Origin: Paramecium tetraurelia
Taxonomy: Eukaryota
Reading direction: 5' to 3'
DNA: 64,000 nucleotides
NCBI GenBank assembly: GCA_000165425.1
Contig: CT868363.1
Coordinates: 62,001 to 126,000, forward strand
The notes beneath the pieces are model-generated. The model saw only the letters and a program-made list of their open reading frames with translations, searched no databases and was not told the origin of the DNA. A program made the position numbers and the translations under genes. Positions 1-12,011 of the stretch are shown here, piece by piece. Position 1 is the stretch's first letter. Every line of letters starts with the position of its first letter.

Positions 1-540
1 ACAGAGTTAAAAAGTAAAGTGTAATCTTAGAAGCAGAGAATGAGGAGGCAGTTGATAAGAATAGAAAATTGAAATAGCAGTTGATAAATTTAACAGGTTC
101 TCTGTAGCAACTGCAAATGAATTTTTAACAGTAGATTTCTGCAAAGAAATCCTTATCTTTATCTAAAACCAAAAGTGCCATTGTAGCTGATAGTAAAACA
201 ATACAAACTCTTGAGAAGGCTTCAAAAAGCATATCGGTTTTATTGTCTTAGGGCAGCAAGAGTGATTTGAGTGTGAGTCCTTCCAAAGTTCATAAGACTG
301 TACCTTCAGATTTACTAATTGTATCATTATGAGAGTTATAAAATATAGCCGAATTTCTAGGAGGATCCTGATGACGAAGAAGAATACTAGGAGGAAGGAG
401 AGGATGGTTAGGAGGACGAAGACTAGGTGGATGATGAGGATGATTAGAATGCAGATTCATAGTAGCCATCTGAAGTGGATGAATCAGAAGGGTAAGATAT
501 ACAATAGCCTAGGAAAGAGTCGTCGATATCTATGATATGA
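1..540 (+). CDS. 3' part of unknown coiled-coil protein with acidic C-terminus (truncated by window edge)
   Basis: Open frame under the ciliate code ending ...QQPRKESSISMI-TGA(538-540); D/E-rich tail. Confidence 0.6.
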
Positions 541-549
541 GTGATGTGT

Positions 550-559
550 ATTCGTTTTT
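550..559 (+). promoter_or_regulatory. Candidate TMP upstream element ATTCGTTTTT
   Basis: 16 nt upstream of TMP ATG 576; shared by all five TMP genes. Confidence 0.65.
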
Positions 560-575
560 TGAATATTTTAATTAA

Positions 576-1719
576 ATGAAGATCATTTTGTTGGTTTTCT
601 TGATTGGGGCTACATTTGCTAGAGACGAAGGCTTTTTTGCTTAATTAAGGAATAGTGATTTTGGAAAGACCATCATCTAAACACTTTAAGTTTAATTGTC
701 TCAAGATCATCCAGCAGACGCAGTTGTTCATCTCTTGAAATAGATGAAAGATGATCTAAACAATGAATAAAGAGTTGAGGATGAAGGGATAACTGGACAA
801 TTGAAAACATGTTAAGATGCTTCAAGTGCTGCAGCTGCTGTATTAACTATTGCCAAGGAACGTAAAGCTACATCAGAGGAAAGACTACCCTTACTCTAAT
901 AAGAATAAAATGATAAGAAACAATAATTGTTTGATAAGTAAGGAGAGGAATAGAGAAACTTGGATAGAATATCAGTATTATAAGAAGCTAGAAATGTTTA
1001 AAGAGTAATTAATTATAAAATAACATTAGCAAGAATTTGAGTAAAGAAGAGATGAGTTGGTGGGTTTAGTTTCTGCACTTCAAGAAGCAAAGAAAATCTT
1101 GTCTTAAGGAATCGGAGCTTTGAAAAAGAATAGTTTTGCTGAACTTAAGAATCATCATCAAAACTTTTTAAAATATTTCCCAAATAAGAAAGGTTTCCAT
1201 AGTATGGTTAATGTGCTATTGACTGTTTTATAAGAAGAAGGTACACAAGAGAATGCTGCTTAGAAGGTTGTGAAAATCATTGATACTCTTGTTGACAGCA
1301 TCTTTTAGGTTCAAAAAGAGGAAATGAGAGCAGATGATGCTAGAGAATTAGACTTCTTAACATAAAAAGAGAGATTGCTTTTGGCTAATAGGAGGTTGTC
1401 TGGCAGTGTGGCTGATTTGAATGCAGCTAATGAGAGAATTGGATAAAAAATATTAGAAATCAAGAATGACATCTCAATTCAAGATTCTGTATTTATTATT
1501 TACGATTTAAGATTATTTTCAATAAGTCTACTGAATAGGCCGATTGGGATTAGACTTGCAGTGATACTGATAAGGCACACAGATAACAAACTGAATAAAG
1601 GTAATTTAATTAAATATAAAAGAAATGCTTAATTAGAAATAATTGTAGAATGCATTGATATCTTTGAGACCAGATTCGATATGGAAACAAAAAGCTACAT
1701 ATAACGCCTTAGATTCTGA
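576..1719 (+). CDS. Trichocyst matrix protein precursor (TMP family)
   Basis: MKIILLVFLIGATFA signal peptide, then QLRNSDFGKTIIQTLQVQL..AVVHLLKQMKDDLNNEQ, a typical TMP/GRL N-terminus; helical; tiny GT-AG introns. Confidence 0.85.
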
Positions 1720-1751
1720 ATCAAATATAATTGACACAATATAAAAGCAAT

Positions 1752-1761
1752 AAAAACGGAT
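1752..1761 (-). promoter_or_regulatory. Candidate TMP upstream element (AAAAACGGAT = ATCCGTTTTT on the opposite strand)
   Basis: 24 nt upstream of TMP ATG 1786, inverted orientation. Confidence 0.65.
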
Positions 1762-1785
1762 TTCTAATAATATTTATTATTCTAA

Positions 1786-3058
1786 ATGAAGTTTTCTATT
1801 GTAATACTAATGCTTCTAGTCGTGGGGAATATGGCTTCCGATTTTGATCAGTAGGTTGAAGAATTGTAGAACTCCAACTTTGGTTAGACAATATTACAAA
1901 CAATTTTGATGGAATTGTAAACAGGTGACCCAGTGATTTCAAACCTAATTAATATGATCTAGGGTCTGGAAACAACCTTAGAGAATGAATAAGAAAGAGA
2001 CGATAAAAGAATTGCTAGAATAACATAAAACTGTGATATTGACATAAATACCTTGAAGGATTAAATTAATTAGAGTACTGTCAATTCAGCGACATTGAAA
2101 AGTGAATTGGACAGTTTGAATCCTTAAAAGGTTTCAGCAGTAGCCAGTCTTGAGAGAAAAAATAACGAAATTAATGATCTTAAGACAGAGCTCAATTATT
2201 AAACACATAAGAGAGAGACAGAAACATTGACCTATTAAGTCATATTGGACAATTTGGAACAAGCACTTTTTGGTGTCAATCAAGTCAAAGGATATTTCAA
2301 TAGCTATTTAGATGTACTTGTAAAAAATCGCAAAAGATTTGACAAACCAGAGCCATCTTTCTTGCAGGAGAATTATAGTTTCAAGTACGATTAAACAGAG
2401 ATGGATGATGTAGAGGATTAAGGAGTCCAATTTACATCATTCTCTCAAGTAGCATCAAAAGTGAATAAATTAAAGCATCATGTAAGTGTGTATCCCTATC
2501 TCAGATCCATTTAGAAGGTTATAGAGCCATGATTGAAATGATGAGTCGCTTAGCTGCTAAGGCCTAAGATGAACCATCTCAAGCAGAAGTACTTACAAGA
2601 AAGGTGTTATCAATTTTGAAATAAATAGAAAACTATATTCAATCTGAAAGAATCAGAGAGGATTAAGCAGAAGCTCTGAGATAGGGAAACTTCGATTTAC
2701 TCAAGACTTTATTGTCGGACTAAATAGTTTAGGCCAGTCAAGATAGAACATATATGGAAGGTGTAAATTATCATCGATATCTCGTTTAGGCCTTGTCGAA
2801 TCCTTGTCCACTAGAATTTAATAAGCATCTAATGAGAAATTTGAAGTTGATCAAAAAATAGTCACCAAAACCAAAGAATTAGACAACAGAGAAACAGATT
2901 GCAGACTCAAAAATAATGAATATGAAACAGACACAGCCAATAGGTATATATTCATTAAATTGATAAATAGAATTAAATAAAAGAGAGTAGTGGCAGTTGC
3001 TGTGGATCTAATCTCATCCAAATTGGGACAACTTAAGAGAAAATTGCTAGAAAATTGA
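1786..3058 (+). CDS. Trichocyst matrix protein precursor (T2-like)
   Basis: MKFSIVILMLLVVGNMA signal; NSNFGQTILQTILMELQTGDPV...LENEQERDD resembles the T2-type FG..L..I.LELQTGDP motif; three small introns. Confidence 0.85.
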
Positions 3059-3109
3059 GTTTCATATATAAAATTAAAACCAAATAATATATCCATTGAA
3101 TAAATATAA

Positions 3110-4475
3110 TCATAGTTTTATGATTGATGCTCCTTGAGATGGTTAGGTTGAAAAAATATGCTCTTTGTTTTCAATGTGATTGTAGAAGAACTCAATAATC
3201 TATCATAATTATGAAGGAATACCTTATTCTTGAAATTCTTAACTTCCGACTCTTTGACCAAACTGACTGTGCAACCTCCCCATCCTGCTCCAGTCAATCT
3301 ACTTCCCAAAGCTCCATTTTTAATACACAAAGTTGTCAATTTATCAATGTTATCAGATGAACATTCATACAGTTCCTTACAAGATTTCTAACTCTGATTC
3401 ATCAAGTAACCTAACAATATTGCCTTAGCATCATCCGACATTTTAGAATCACAAATGTTCTTGAATTTGATTACTCTTTGGGCTTCCTTAACCACATGAG
3501 TCAATCTATCATAAGGGTTTACACTTTAATTCTAATTCAATACTAATTCAAAGTAAGGAATATCAACTAACAGATTCGGCAGATTTAAGTACTCTAATTT
3601 TTCAAGACTAATTTCCCCTTTGGGTATGAATTTGCAGAGTTCTTCCATAGAATCAAGTGACAATTGCAAATGATCCTATAGTTATTTCAAAGTTCGAAAA
3701 CTAGTTCCAAGATTCAAATTCAATTCTATCAATTTGATACCAATCCTACATTCAACTACTCTCTTGTTATAATGTTTTCCGAGTGTCTCCAGCTTAGTTG
3801 ATTCTGTCAATGAATTCGCTATGATGAATGAATATCCCTTTGGCAAATTCACCTTAGTCAATCGAAGAGGATCAAATTCAATGTATAAAGCAGATCCTTC
3901 TTGTCCAAAAACTGATATGGTCTAATCCATTCCACCACATGCAGTGCCTGCCTCTCTTTCAAACTTGATAATTTAATCAACAAACTAATGTCTATCAATA
4001 TCTTATTGGGTTTTTCCACTCACTTACAAACTCATTAGAGATGATGCCACAACCAAAGAAGATGATGAAGATAATCCTGAAGAAAATGGAACGTCGCCAC
4101 TTATCAATATTTTGATCCCTTGATTCGCATTCCCATATTAAATCCCTGCTCTGTATCCAGCAAGCACATATTTCACATAATTTTAGATTTCATTATATTC
4201 CTCCTTTGGATTCACTGAAAGACTGAATTGCTTAAACTATTAATCATCAGCATGCTAAATCTATATGTCATTCCCCTCTATGGCAAATAACATAAAACAA
4301 GATTGTTCCAAAGCAAATGGCAATACTCCGTAACCCATATAATCGATGTGTTCACCAATTAACTAGCATTAACAATTAGATTTACATTGACTCTCCCAGG
4401 GGCCTTAACTAAAAATTGAGGTTGAAGCCCATTATATCTCTACGTAAATAATTCGATCAATTATTATATATTCAT
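3110..4475 (-). CDS. GALK: Galactokinase / N-acetylgalactosamine kinase (GHMP kinase)
   Basis: APGRVNLIGEHIDY, PFSSGLSSSSS, CGGMDQ and GSRLTGAGWGGC motifs. Confidence 0.93.
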
Positions 4476-4593
4476 TTTTTATATTATTTATTTTTCATCT
4501 GCATTTTATGCATTTATTGTTCTATATACCTTAATAAGACTCATTAGAATCAGAAATTAGATGGGTATTATTATAAACTATGGTTAATATTTA

Positions 4594-5316
4594 TCACTCT
4601 TTTTTCTTTTGATCTATTTTAACTATTTTGTCATCAATTTGTGTTACTTCCTTGATTTTATCTAAGGCATTTTTCCACATTTGTCCTCCCCATTAAACCG
4701 TCAAAAACAGACCCGTAGCCTCAGTACATATGGTCTTATCCTGATCATAGATGGTCGCCTTGAGGAACACCTTTCTGCCTTCAATTTTATCGATTTCTGC
4801 TGTGATCATGTAATCATGGTTGGTTTTTACAGGTTTTCTATAATTTATATTTAAATTTGCTGTAGCTGTAGGAATCTGCCCACTAGCCAAGTAACTTAAT
4901 TATCCAAATGCATTATCTATTAATGTTGCCAATAACCCACCATGAACTATAGAACTATGTCCTTAGAGATGGTCAGCAGCATTAAAAACAAAGTGTAGAT
5001 GAATTTTATCTTCAGATTCCAGATTGTCGCTATATATTTTTTATTCTAATTTGTCTGGATAATATATTTTAAACACATTCAGAGCTTCGTTGTGTTGAGC
5101 AATGAAATTGTGTAAGAAATGCTTATCTGGAGAAGAGTGCATGATATCAATCACTTTTGGTTGTATATAGTTTCCTTGTTCCAACATTGATTTGAAGCTG
5201 TGATCATCATTTTTTTGACCTTTATCACTAATGAAAGCCTTTACATATGGGAAGTATCTTTCATATGTGAAACCTCCAACAAAAGCCAATCCAAACAGCA
5301 ATATATTTTTTTTCAT
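4594..5316 (-). CDS. PaaI/THEM4-like acyl-CoA thioesterase (hotdog fold)
   Basis: GHSSIVHGGLLATLID, TANLNINYRKPV, EGRKVFLKA; hydrophobic N-terminus; apparently intronless. Confidence 0.85.
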
Positions 5317-5560
5317 AAATATAATTTATCAAAAGAGTCCTAAAAATAATCCACTTTATTCACTTCCTCTTTAAAATGCATGGATTCACTAAATCATTTG
5401 ATATTTACGAAAATAATTAGTTTACCCCATACCTACTGGATGAGGGCAGGATTTATTTGTATATATAGAATGAATAAGGTGACAAATTACATTATTCCAA
5501 GATTATAAATTAATATAATATTTATTTTTAAAAGAAGTAATTACATAAAGAAGCCACACT

Positions 5561-6548
5561 ATGACAACAGCAATTGAATGCTTTAACGACTTTTAATTCT
5601 TATAGTGCTATTTGTAATATTGGAATATATTCATTATTCTAGATCTTGGAGTTTAGAAATAATATGCTTGATTTGTTTAGGATTTGCAATTTGTTTAATC
5701 TTTAGGAGAAACTGTAAAAAATTGCTTAGCAATTCGACGAGAATAATAATACTAATAATTTTTTCTCTCATTTGTAAGATTTGAGTAATATTAGTTTATT
5801 TCGTATACAATCTAAGCAGAACTAATAGAACATTTTATTTTCTTCAGGAACTATTTTATTAAGTCTATCAAGCCTGTTTGATTTTCTATTTTGGAAAAAA
5901 ATTAGTTTAAGGTCCCAGTAAAAGATAAAATTTAAATATAATTCGAACCATCTTTGGAATTCTAATTATACTAGATATTACTACATTCATTATATCCATT
6001 ATTGAGGCAGCTTCCAAGAAATAAATGTGCAAATGTAAGTTATTATATTTACAATTAGATTAGAGATTTCATTTACTGTTTTTAGGTCCATCAGTCTAAT
6101 TACATAAATACTCTTCCTGGTCATTGTTGAAAAATTATACAAACGATTTTTATTGAACCTAAAGAATCTACTCAAGAATGAATAGTAGACCAAGCGATAA
6201 AAGTCTCATTTCTTTTAGTTAAAGTATTTATTACTTTAAATATCAAGAATATTATGCTACATAAGTTTCTTCGGATCGCTAATTTTGTTGATCGTTAACT
6301 TTATCTATATGTTGTCCTCTGATTGTAGAATTATACCCCATTATGGAAACGGAGAATACAATTTCTCGGATGAACTCAATGCATTAGTACATACTACTGT
6401 TAAGTTACTTACCTATTTCATACCAATAATTCTAACTTTAGTGTTATTTACAACAAAGAATTAGAAAGAAGATTCGAATAATTCAGCTTTTGAAGTTGAA
6501 GATTTAACATATCAACAGTATTTTTAAGGCTTGGCTTTTGATAAATGA
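5561..6548 (+). CDS. Orphan seven-transmembrane protein
   Basis: After removing four tiny introns, seven hydrophobic segments followed by a polar tail ending LAFDK-TGA. An alternative start at 5578 is possible. Confidence 0.65.
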
Positions 6549-6671
6549 TTATAAATCTAATGAAAATGTTTCAACAAATTATATTGCCATTTTGTATATT
6601 TTCTAAGCATCTTTAAATTACAAAATATGAATGTCTAAGATAATTTTAATATTTATATTATAATTTCTTAA

Positions 6672-6917
6672 TCATTTATTTATCTAATTTCTTGATTTCA
6701 AATATTCTGAATATATAGTTGCTTTTTAATTTATTGAAAGATCAGTTTTTTGGAATGGAATCACTTTATAAATTTATTGTTGCATTTATTTCACATCTAT
6801 ATTTTTAATTTTATCCAATTATGTTTCTCCAATATGAATCAAACCAGATAGTACTACCAATCCAAAAGATCCAATTTTGTTCATCACTCCTTTTCCTGGG
6901 ATTTTTCTTAATACCAT
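6672..6917 (-). CDS. Small hypothetical protein (81 aa)
   Basis: ATG..TGA frame MVLRKNPGKGVMNKIGSFGLVVLSGLIHIGE... filling the gap between two genes. Confidence 0.45.
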
Positions 6918-6956
6918 AGTAATTGAAAAACTTATATAATAAAATAATTTAATTAA

Positions 6957-9436
6957 TCATTTTATTTAAGGTAATCTGCATTGTTTTTTTGCGTATAAAT
7001 ACAATAGATGCGCAAAAGTATTAGGAGGTACTCTCTTTTTCTTGTCCTTTTTTTTCTTATTCACAAAATACCAATGCAATATTAATTTCATTTTTCTCCA
7101 TAACATCCTCCCTGCAGTAATCACAAATGCTGAAGGATTCCTTCTTTTTATCTCTTCTGACATAGCTATAACCCAAGAATTAATCTGGAATCAAATCAAA
7201 AATGCTTACTTGTAATTCCTAAGTGTGAAAATCCATTGACCTAGTTTTCATTACCAAAGAAAAGCAGAGCCAAGGTTCGAGTTTATTATTGTAAGATTTT
7301 CTAAGCACATCTGTCACTTTCCCATAAAGCAATCCTCTTATATCTGAAACCGAATAGGAATTCACTGATTTAGGGTCATTAATGTGTTTGCTATTTTAAG
7401 CCCATCTAAATGTTCCATCATTAGCTAAAATAAAGAATCTTTCTATTCTCCCATTGGAAGACTTATTACATTTCGTCAATTAATCGCCCAACATAACAGT
7501 TCTATAGGCAGCGTTAAGAAGACTTACATTTTTTAATTTTTGTGACTTTGTCATAGAAACAGCCATCATTTAACCTTATTTGGTTTATGGTTAATTTAAT
7601 TAAGATTTTGTAAGTTTTAGATTTGCTTATTATTATTATTATTATTACTATGACGATGATAATTATTAATTTTATGTTTTTTATTGATTATTTCCAGCAA
7701 AACCCATTGTTTATGATCCAAATTGACTAGTATTCTTGAATGGTTACTAATCATAATTATTTGTAAACAATGTTTGTTACTTTTGCTATTGGAAATCATT
7801 CTGTTCAAGTTAATTTTTTTGAGAGAAATTACTTGATAATGGGTTATTATATTGTTAATATTAGTTATTTTATTACGAAGTTGGATTTTAGCCTTTAACC
7901 ATATAATTTTATTAATCATTCGTTGAGTGATATGATTAAAAATTCTGTTAATTTTGATAATCATAATTAATTTAACTTTGTTATGAATTGTATTAAGAAT
8001 TCATTTAGTCAAATTACTTTTATTATCCTAAAGTATTAGAATACTAAATTTGCTAGTTATACATTTAATTAGATTGAAACTTTTGTTTAAACTATGGTTA
8101 TTGATAATTTTATTGATCTTAATATACTTCTTGCTTTAATTAATAGAGATAATTTAAGAAGGGTTCTAATTAAATTTTTAAGCAAATTCTATTGAATTTC
8201 ATTAAGTGAGATTTGATAATATTGACTGATTCCTTTGTAAATGGTAAATTTTATAAATAGTTTTCATATGGTTATTGTTGATCCAATAATTTTAATTAAT
8301 GTTCAAGTTATGCAATTGATTAGGATAATTAAGGTACGTTCTCCGCTTCTTACTAGGTCATTTGATGATAGCAAAATTGTATTGCCCTTTTGAGTCTTAA
8401 TTTTAGAGCTAGTTTCCAAAATTCATCTTGTTATTTAACCGTTAATGGTTATGATAATAATTACTAATTCTTTTGATAATTCAGTTGTTGTTCTAATTTT
8501 TACAAAGATGTTGTTATCTATATTAATTAGATACTTACTTCTCTAGCACATTATAATTTTTTTTCACAATCTTTAAATAAGATTTCTGGACTTATTCGTC
8601 TCAACTCTGGAGATTGCATACATTTTTGTAATTATTATACATAATCCTTACAATCCATTCTTTCATTTTAAGCAATGGTTAATATTCTTCTCAATGTAAT
8701 AACAGTAAACCCATTTTCTTTCTGCTCCTACCATAATTTTAGAGCTTTTTGATGATACCTAAAGGCAAGGGTCATATCTCCACAAAGTTCTCTATTCAAC
8801 CCCATAGAGGAGTAGAAACAAGCCAAACTCTATCCATCATCTATAATATAACATTTATTTCAATACACTTTTATTCCAGATTTTCAAAATTTCCATCACC
8901 CATAGCTTCAAATGATTAAAACCTATAATAGATATACATTAGCTCCTTAAATAGCTGATATTATAATGGAGGTTAACTAAACTAAGCACAAAATTTTACG
9001 CCTATATTATTAATTGAATTGCCTAATCATTGTAATCTTTGCATTCTTAATATTCTGTTGTTATCAATTTGATGATTGCTAAATTTCCCTATAATAGATT
9101 TAAAATCTATTTTACTAATATTTTAATTAATAATGCGCATATGAAATCATTCTTTCTGTCTATCATATTGAATGCTTAAAGTAACTTTTCGGTTGCTTAT
9201 TTATAATCACAATTATGAAAATAGATGATCCCTAAATTAGCCAGGATTATAGCCATCCTATCAATATCAAATAATTGAGATTTGATATTACCCCTCCCTG
9301 CTTCTTAGCAGTTTAGAGCCTCTTCATATAATCGTATTGCTTAATTCAAATCTCTTAATTAAAACTGATTGTGAGCATCCAAAAGAAGCTAGTTAAATTT
9401 AATTTAATTTATGTTCAAAGTTTCCTCCTAATTCAT
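6957..9436 (-). CDS. TPR-repeat protein with Gln-rich linker and C-terminal PLC-type PH domain
   Basis: N-terminal AIRLYEEALN..ILANLGIIYF TPRs; C-terminal GDQLTKC..RFFILANDGTFRW..SVSDIRGLLYGK..CFSLVMKTRSMDF..INSWVIAM (PH). Confidence 0.75.
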
Positions 9437-9959
9437 TATGTAAATTAAAATATTGAATGAGAAATAAAAACATTTCATACAATTCATTCATAATATCAGT
9501 ATACACACTATATAGATCCTTAAGGTTTATGCTTCAATCGAGTTTTGTAAAAGTAATTTTCATTTGTTCACAACTTTTGTAGGTAAGTAATTCAATTTGG
9601 TCATTTTAACATCATTCTCTCGTTCTCGAGTTGTATATGTAATTCAAAATAAGCTACCAAAGCTAATTATCATTCATGCAATATTAAGAGAGTTAGGTAT
9701 AATTTAATTATTAAATTTCATCAATGATATAGTAGACAATTTTAGAAGATTACTTCCAAATCTTACTTAACAATTTTATTCAAGTTTTCAATTTTCAAAA
9801 TTTATTATTTCCTATAATGAGTGAAAGCCCTTTCATTTATATAAAATTTCTATTATATTATCCTTCTAGAGGGAAACAAAGAAAGAGATTGAAACTGATA
9901 TCTGAAGTACAAGTAAAACACAAACTGAGTACAATAAATTATTTATCATATAATTTATA

Positions 9960-11965
9960 ATGGCCTTTAGAAATATATATACAGGTGGTGCTTGCACTGC
10001 TGATGGAACTTAGCAGATGAGTTAAAATCCGTTCAAGCAATTCATGGATAGAATGCTGTTCGGCTAAACTTAACAATAGTATTTAGTTAATTTAAGAATC
10101 TTAGATAAATATAGCAATAGATAAATGTCTAGTAGGATCCAATGGTGCAACAGAAATTATAGGAACGTTAAAGATTATTTGAGAGTATGAACTAATAATG
10201 GGATGTCATGGCTAAATAATATGATTAAGCAAATATTGAATAAAGGTAGATGATGGAAAAGATGTTTGTAGAGGAGCAAAGAAATTATGAATAAGCAATG
10301 ATGCAATAGTAAATGATGATGGATTTTTAATGGCAACAAGCAGAAATTTAATATTAAGCTGATTAAATGGCTTAAGAATATTAATTCCAAGAGGCTTATG
10401 AAAATGCTGAGGATCTATAAATGTAGAGTGAAAAATCATAAAAATATGCAGATGATTTGGTATAGGCTTTAGAAAAAGATCCTGATCCAAGATTTTAATA
10501 GTCTAAATTTTTGAGATTTATGAAGGATATTTAGAATGGAAATCTAAAATTGGTGGGCAATGAATTGCTTCACATAGAAGGGTGATAAAGTGGAATAATT
10601 AGCTCTGGAGAGAATCTAGACATTCGAAGAAGGATGGGATTAGGCTACTAAAAATGTGGAATAAAAATAATCTGATTTATCAGAAGTTGAAGAGAAATTT
10701 TCAAAGATGTGGGATGAAAAATTAGAAAAATATGATAGTGAATTACAAAACGAAGATTAATTTTAAAAGAAGCTTGAAGATTCTTATTAATAAATACTTA
10801 AGGAAATGAAGCAAGGAACAGATATTGATAAATTGTTCTCTGAAGCCTGGTAAGCAGCATCAGATTTATAGGAATTTGATCTCTATAAAGACTCTAATAA
10901 TACTTACAGGTTTTAAGAAAATAACAAGTATTTGACTATGGATTTTCCTCTATAAGCAGCATTTGAATTTAGTACATTAAGGCTAAAAATACAGAAGCAA
11001 TCCTGGCTTTGGGAAGCTCATATTCCAAAAGAATCCAGCAGATTCTAATGCATGGAGAATCTTGGGTAGATTACATCAAGAAAATGATTAAGACCAAAGA
11101 GCTGTTGCCTCCTTCTTGAATGCTATGAAATAAAATCCAAATGAATTAGATACTTTGAGTGCTTTGGGTATATCATGTACAAATATTCTGGATGAAGTCA
11201 AAGCCATGTCCTTTTTAAAATAGTGGTTAATCAAGAATCCAAATTATACAGTACCTGTAGATGATAGCATTGTGCCTGGCAATACAAATATCTATGATTA
11301 TACTTTAGATTAAATAAAATGCATGAATGCAAGAATGATTTAAGTATTTGAAGCAGCTCATTAACAAGGACCTAACGATGTTGAATTGTTGAATGGATTA
11401 GCTGTACTATATTTCATCGAAAGGAACTATTAAAAATCTGTTGAGATCTTTAAAAAGGCTCTTCAAATTGAACCAAAAAATTATTAGATATGGAACAAAT
11501 TAGGTGCCACTCTAGCTCATCTTGGTGAAGCAGATTAAGCCATGTTCTGTTACCATAGAGCGTTGGATCTTAGACCTAATTATGTGAGGGTTTGGGTCAA
11601 TTTGGCATTTGCCTATTCTTACAAGGGAGAATATTTAGATGCTGCTAGATTGTACTTAAGTGCACTTATGATTAATCCATAAGCTAGACATATATGGGGT
11701 TATTTATAAACAGCATTTTTATAACTATGTATGAGTTAGAGTTATATGAAATAGAAAGACCGGATTTAATTTCAAAGATTCAACACTATGATCCAATGTT
11801 ATTTAAAGATGAATTCTCAGTTACTAATCCTAATGATTTGCCAGAGCCTGAAATTCTATGTAATATTCTTTAGTTTATACTTTCGTAGATAGAGAAGCTA
11901 ATAATTTATATATATTTAAAATGCCCGAAGAGGAATGGTTAAAGACATCTTAGAAAAAACCTTGA
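9960..11965 (+). CDS. PEX5: Peroxisomal PTS1 receptor PEX5
   Basis: N-terminal Cys (GGAC..NPF), DPRFQQSKFLRFM PEX7-binding-like segment, C-terminal TPRs (IWNKLGATLA, ALDLRPNYVRVWVNL). Confidence 0.92.
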
Positions 11966-12011
11966 CATTAACCATACTATTTTTGTTTAAAAAATATTAT
12001 TAGTTTATTAA

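Noticed and set aside
5340..5520. GC-richer patch (CCCCATACCTACTGGATGAGGGCAGG) as a possible snRNA/snoRNA
   Set aside because: No convincing box motifs or stable structure, and it does not match the U1 5' end.
7560..8500. TTA/TTG-rich low-complexity tract
   Set aside because: Gln-rich linker of the minus-strand TPR-PH gene.
9470..9950. Possible small minus-strand gene between the TPR-PH gene and PEX5
   Set aside because: The frames examined hit TGA and no consistent intron model was found; at most a remnant.
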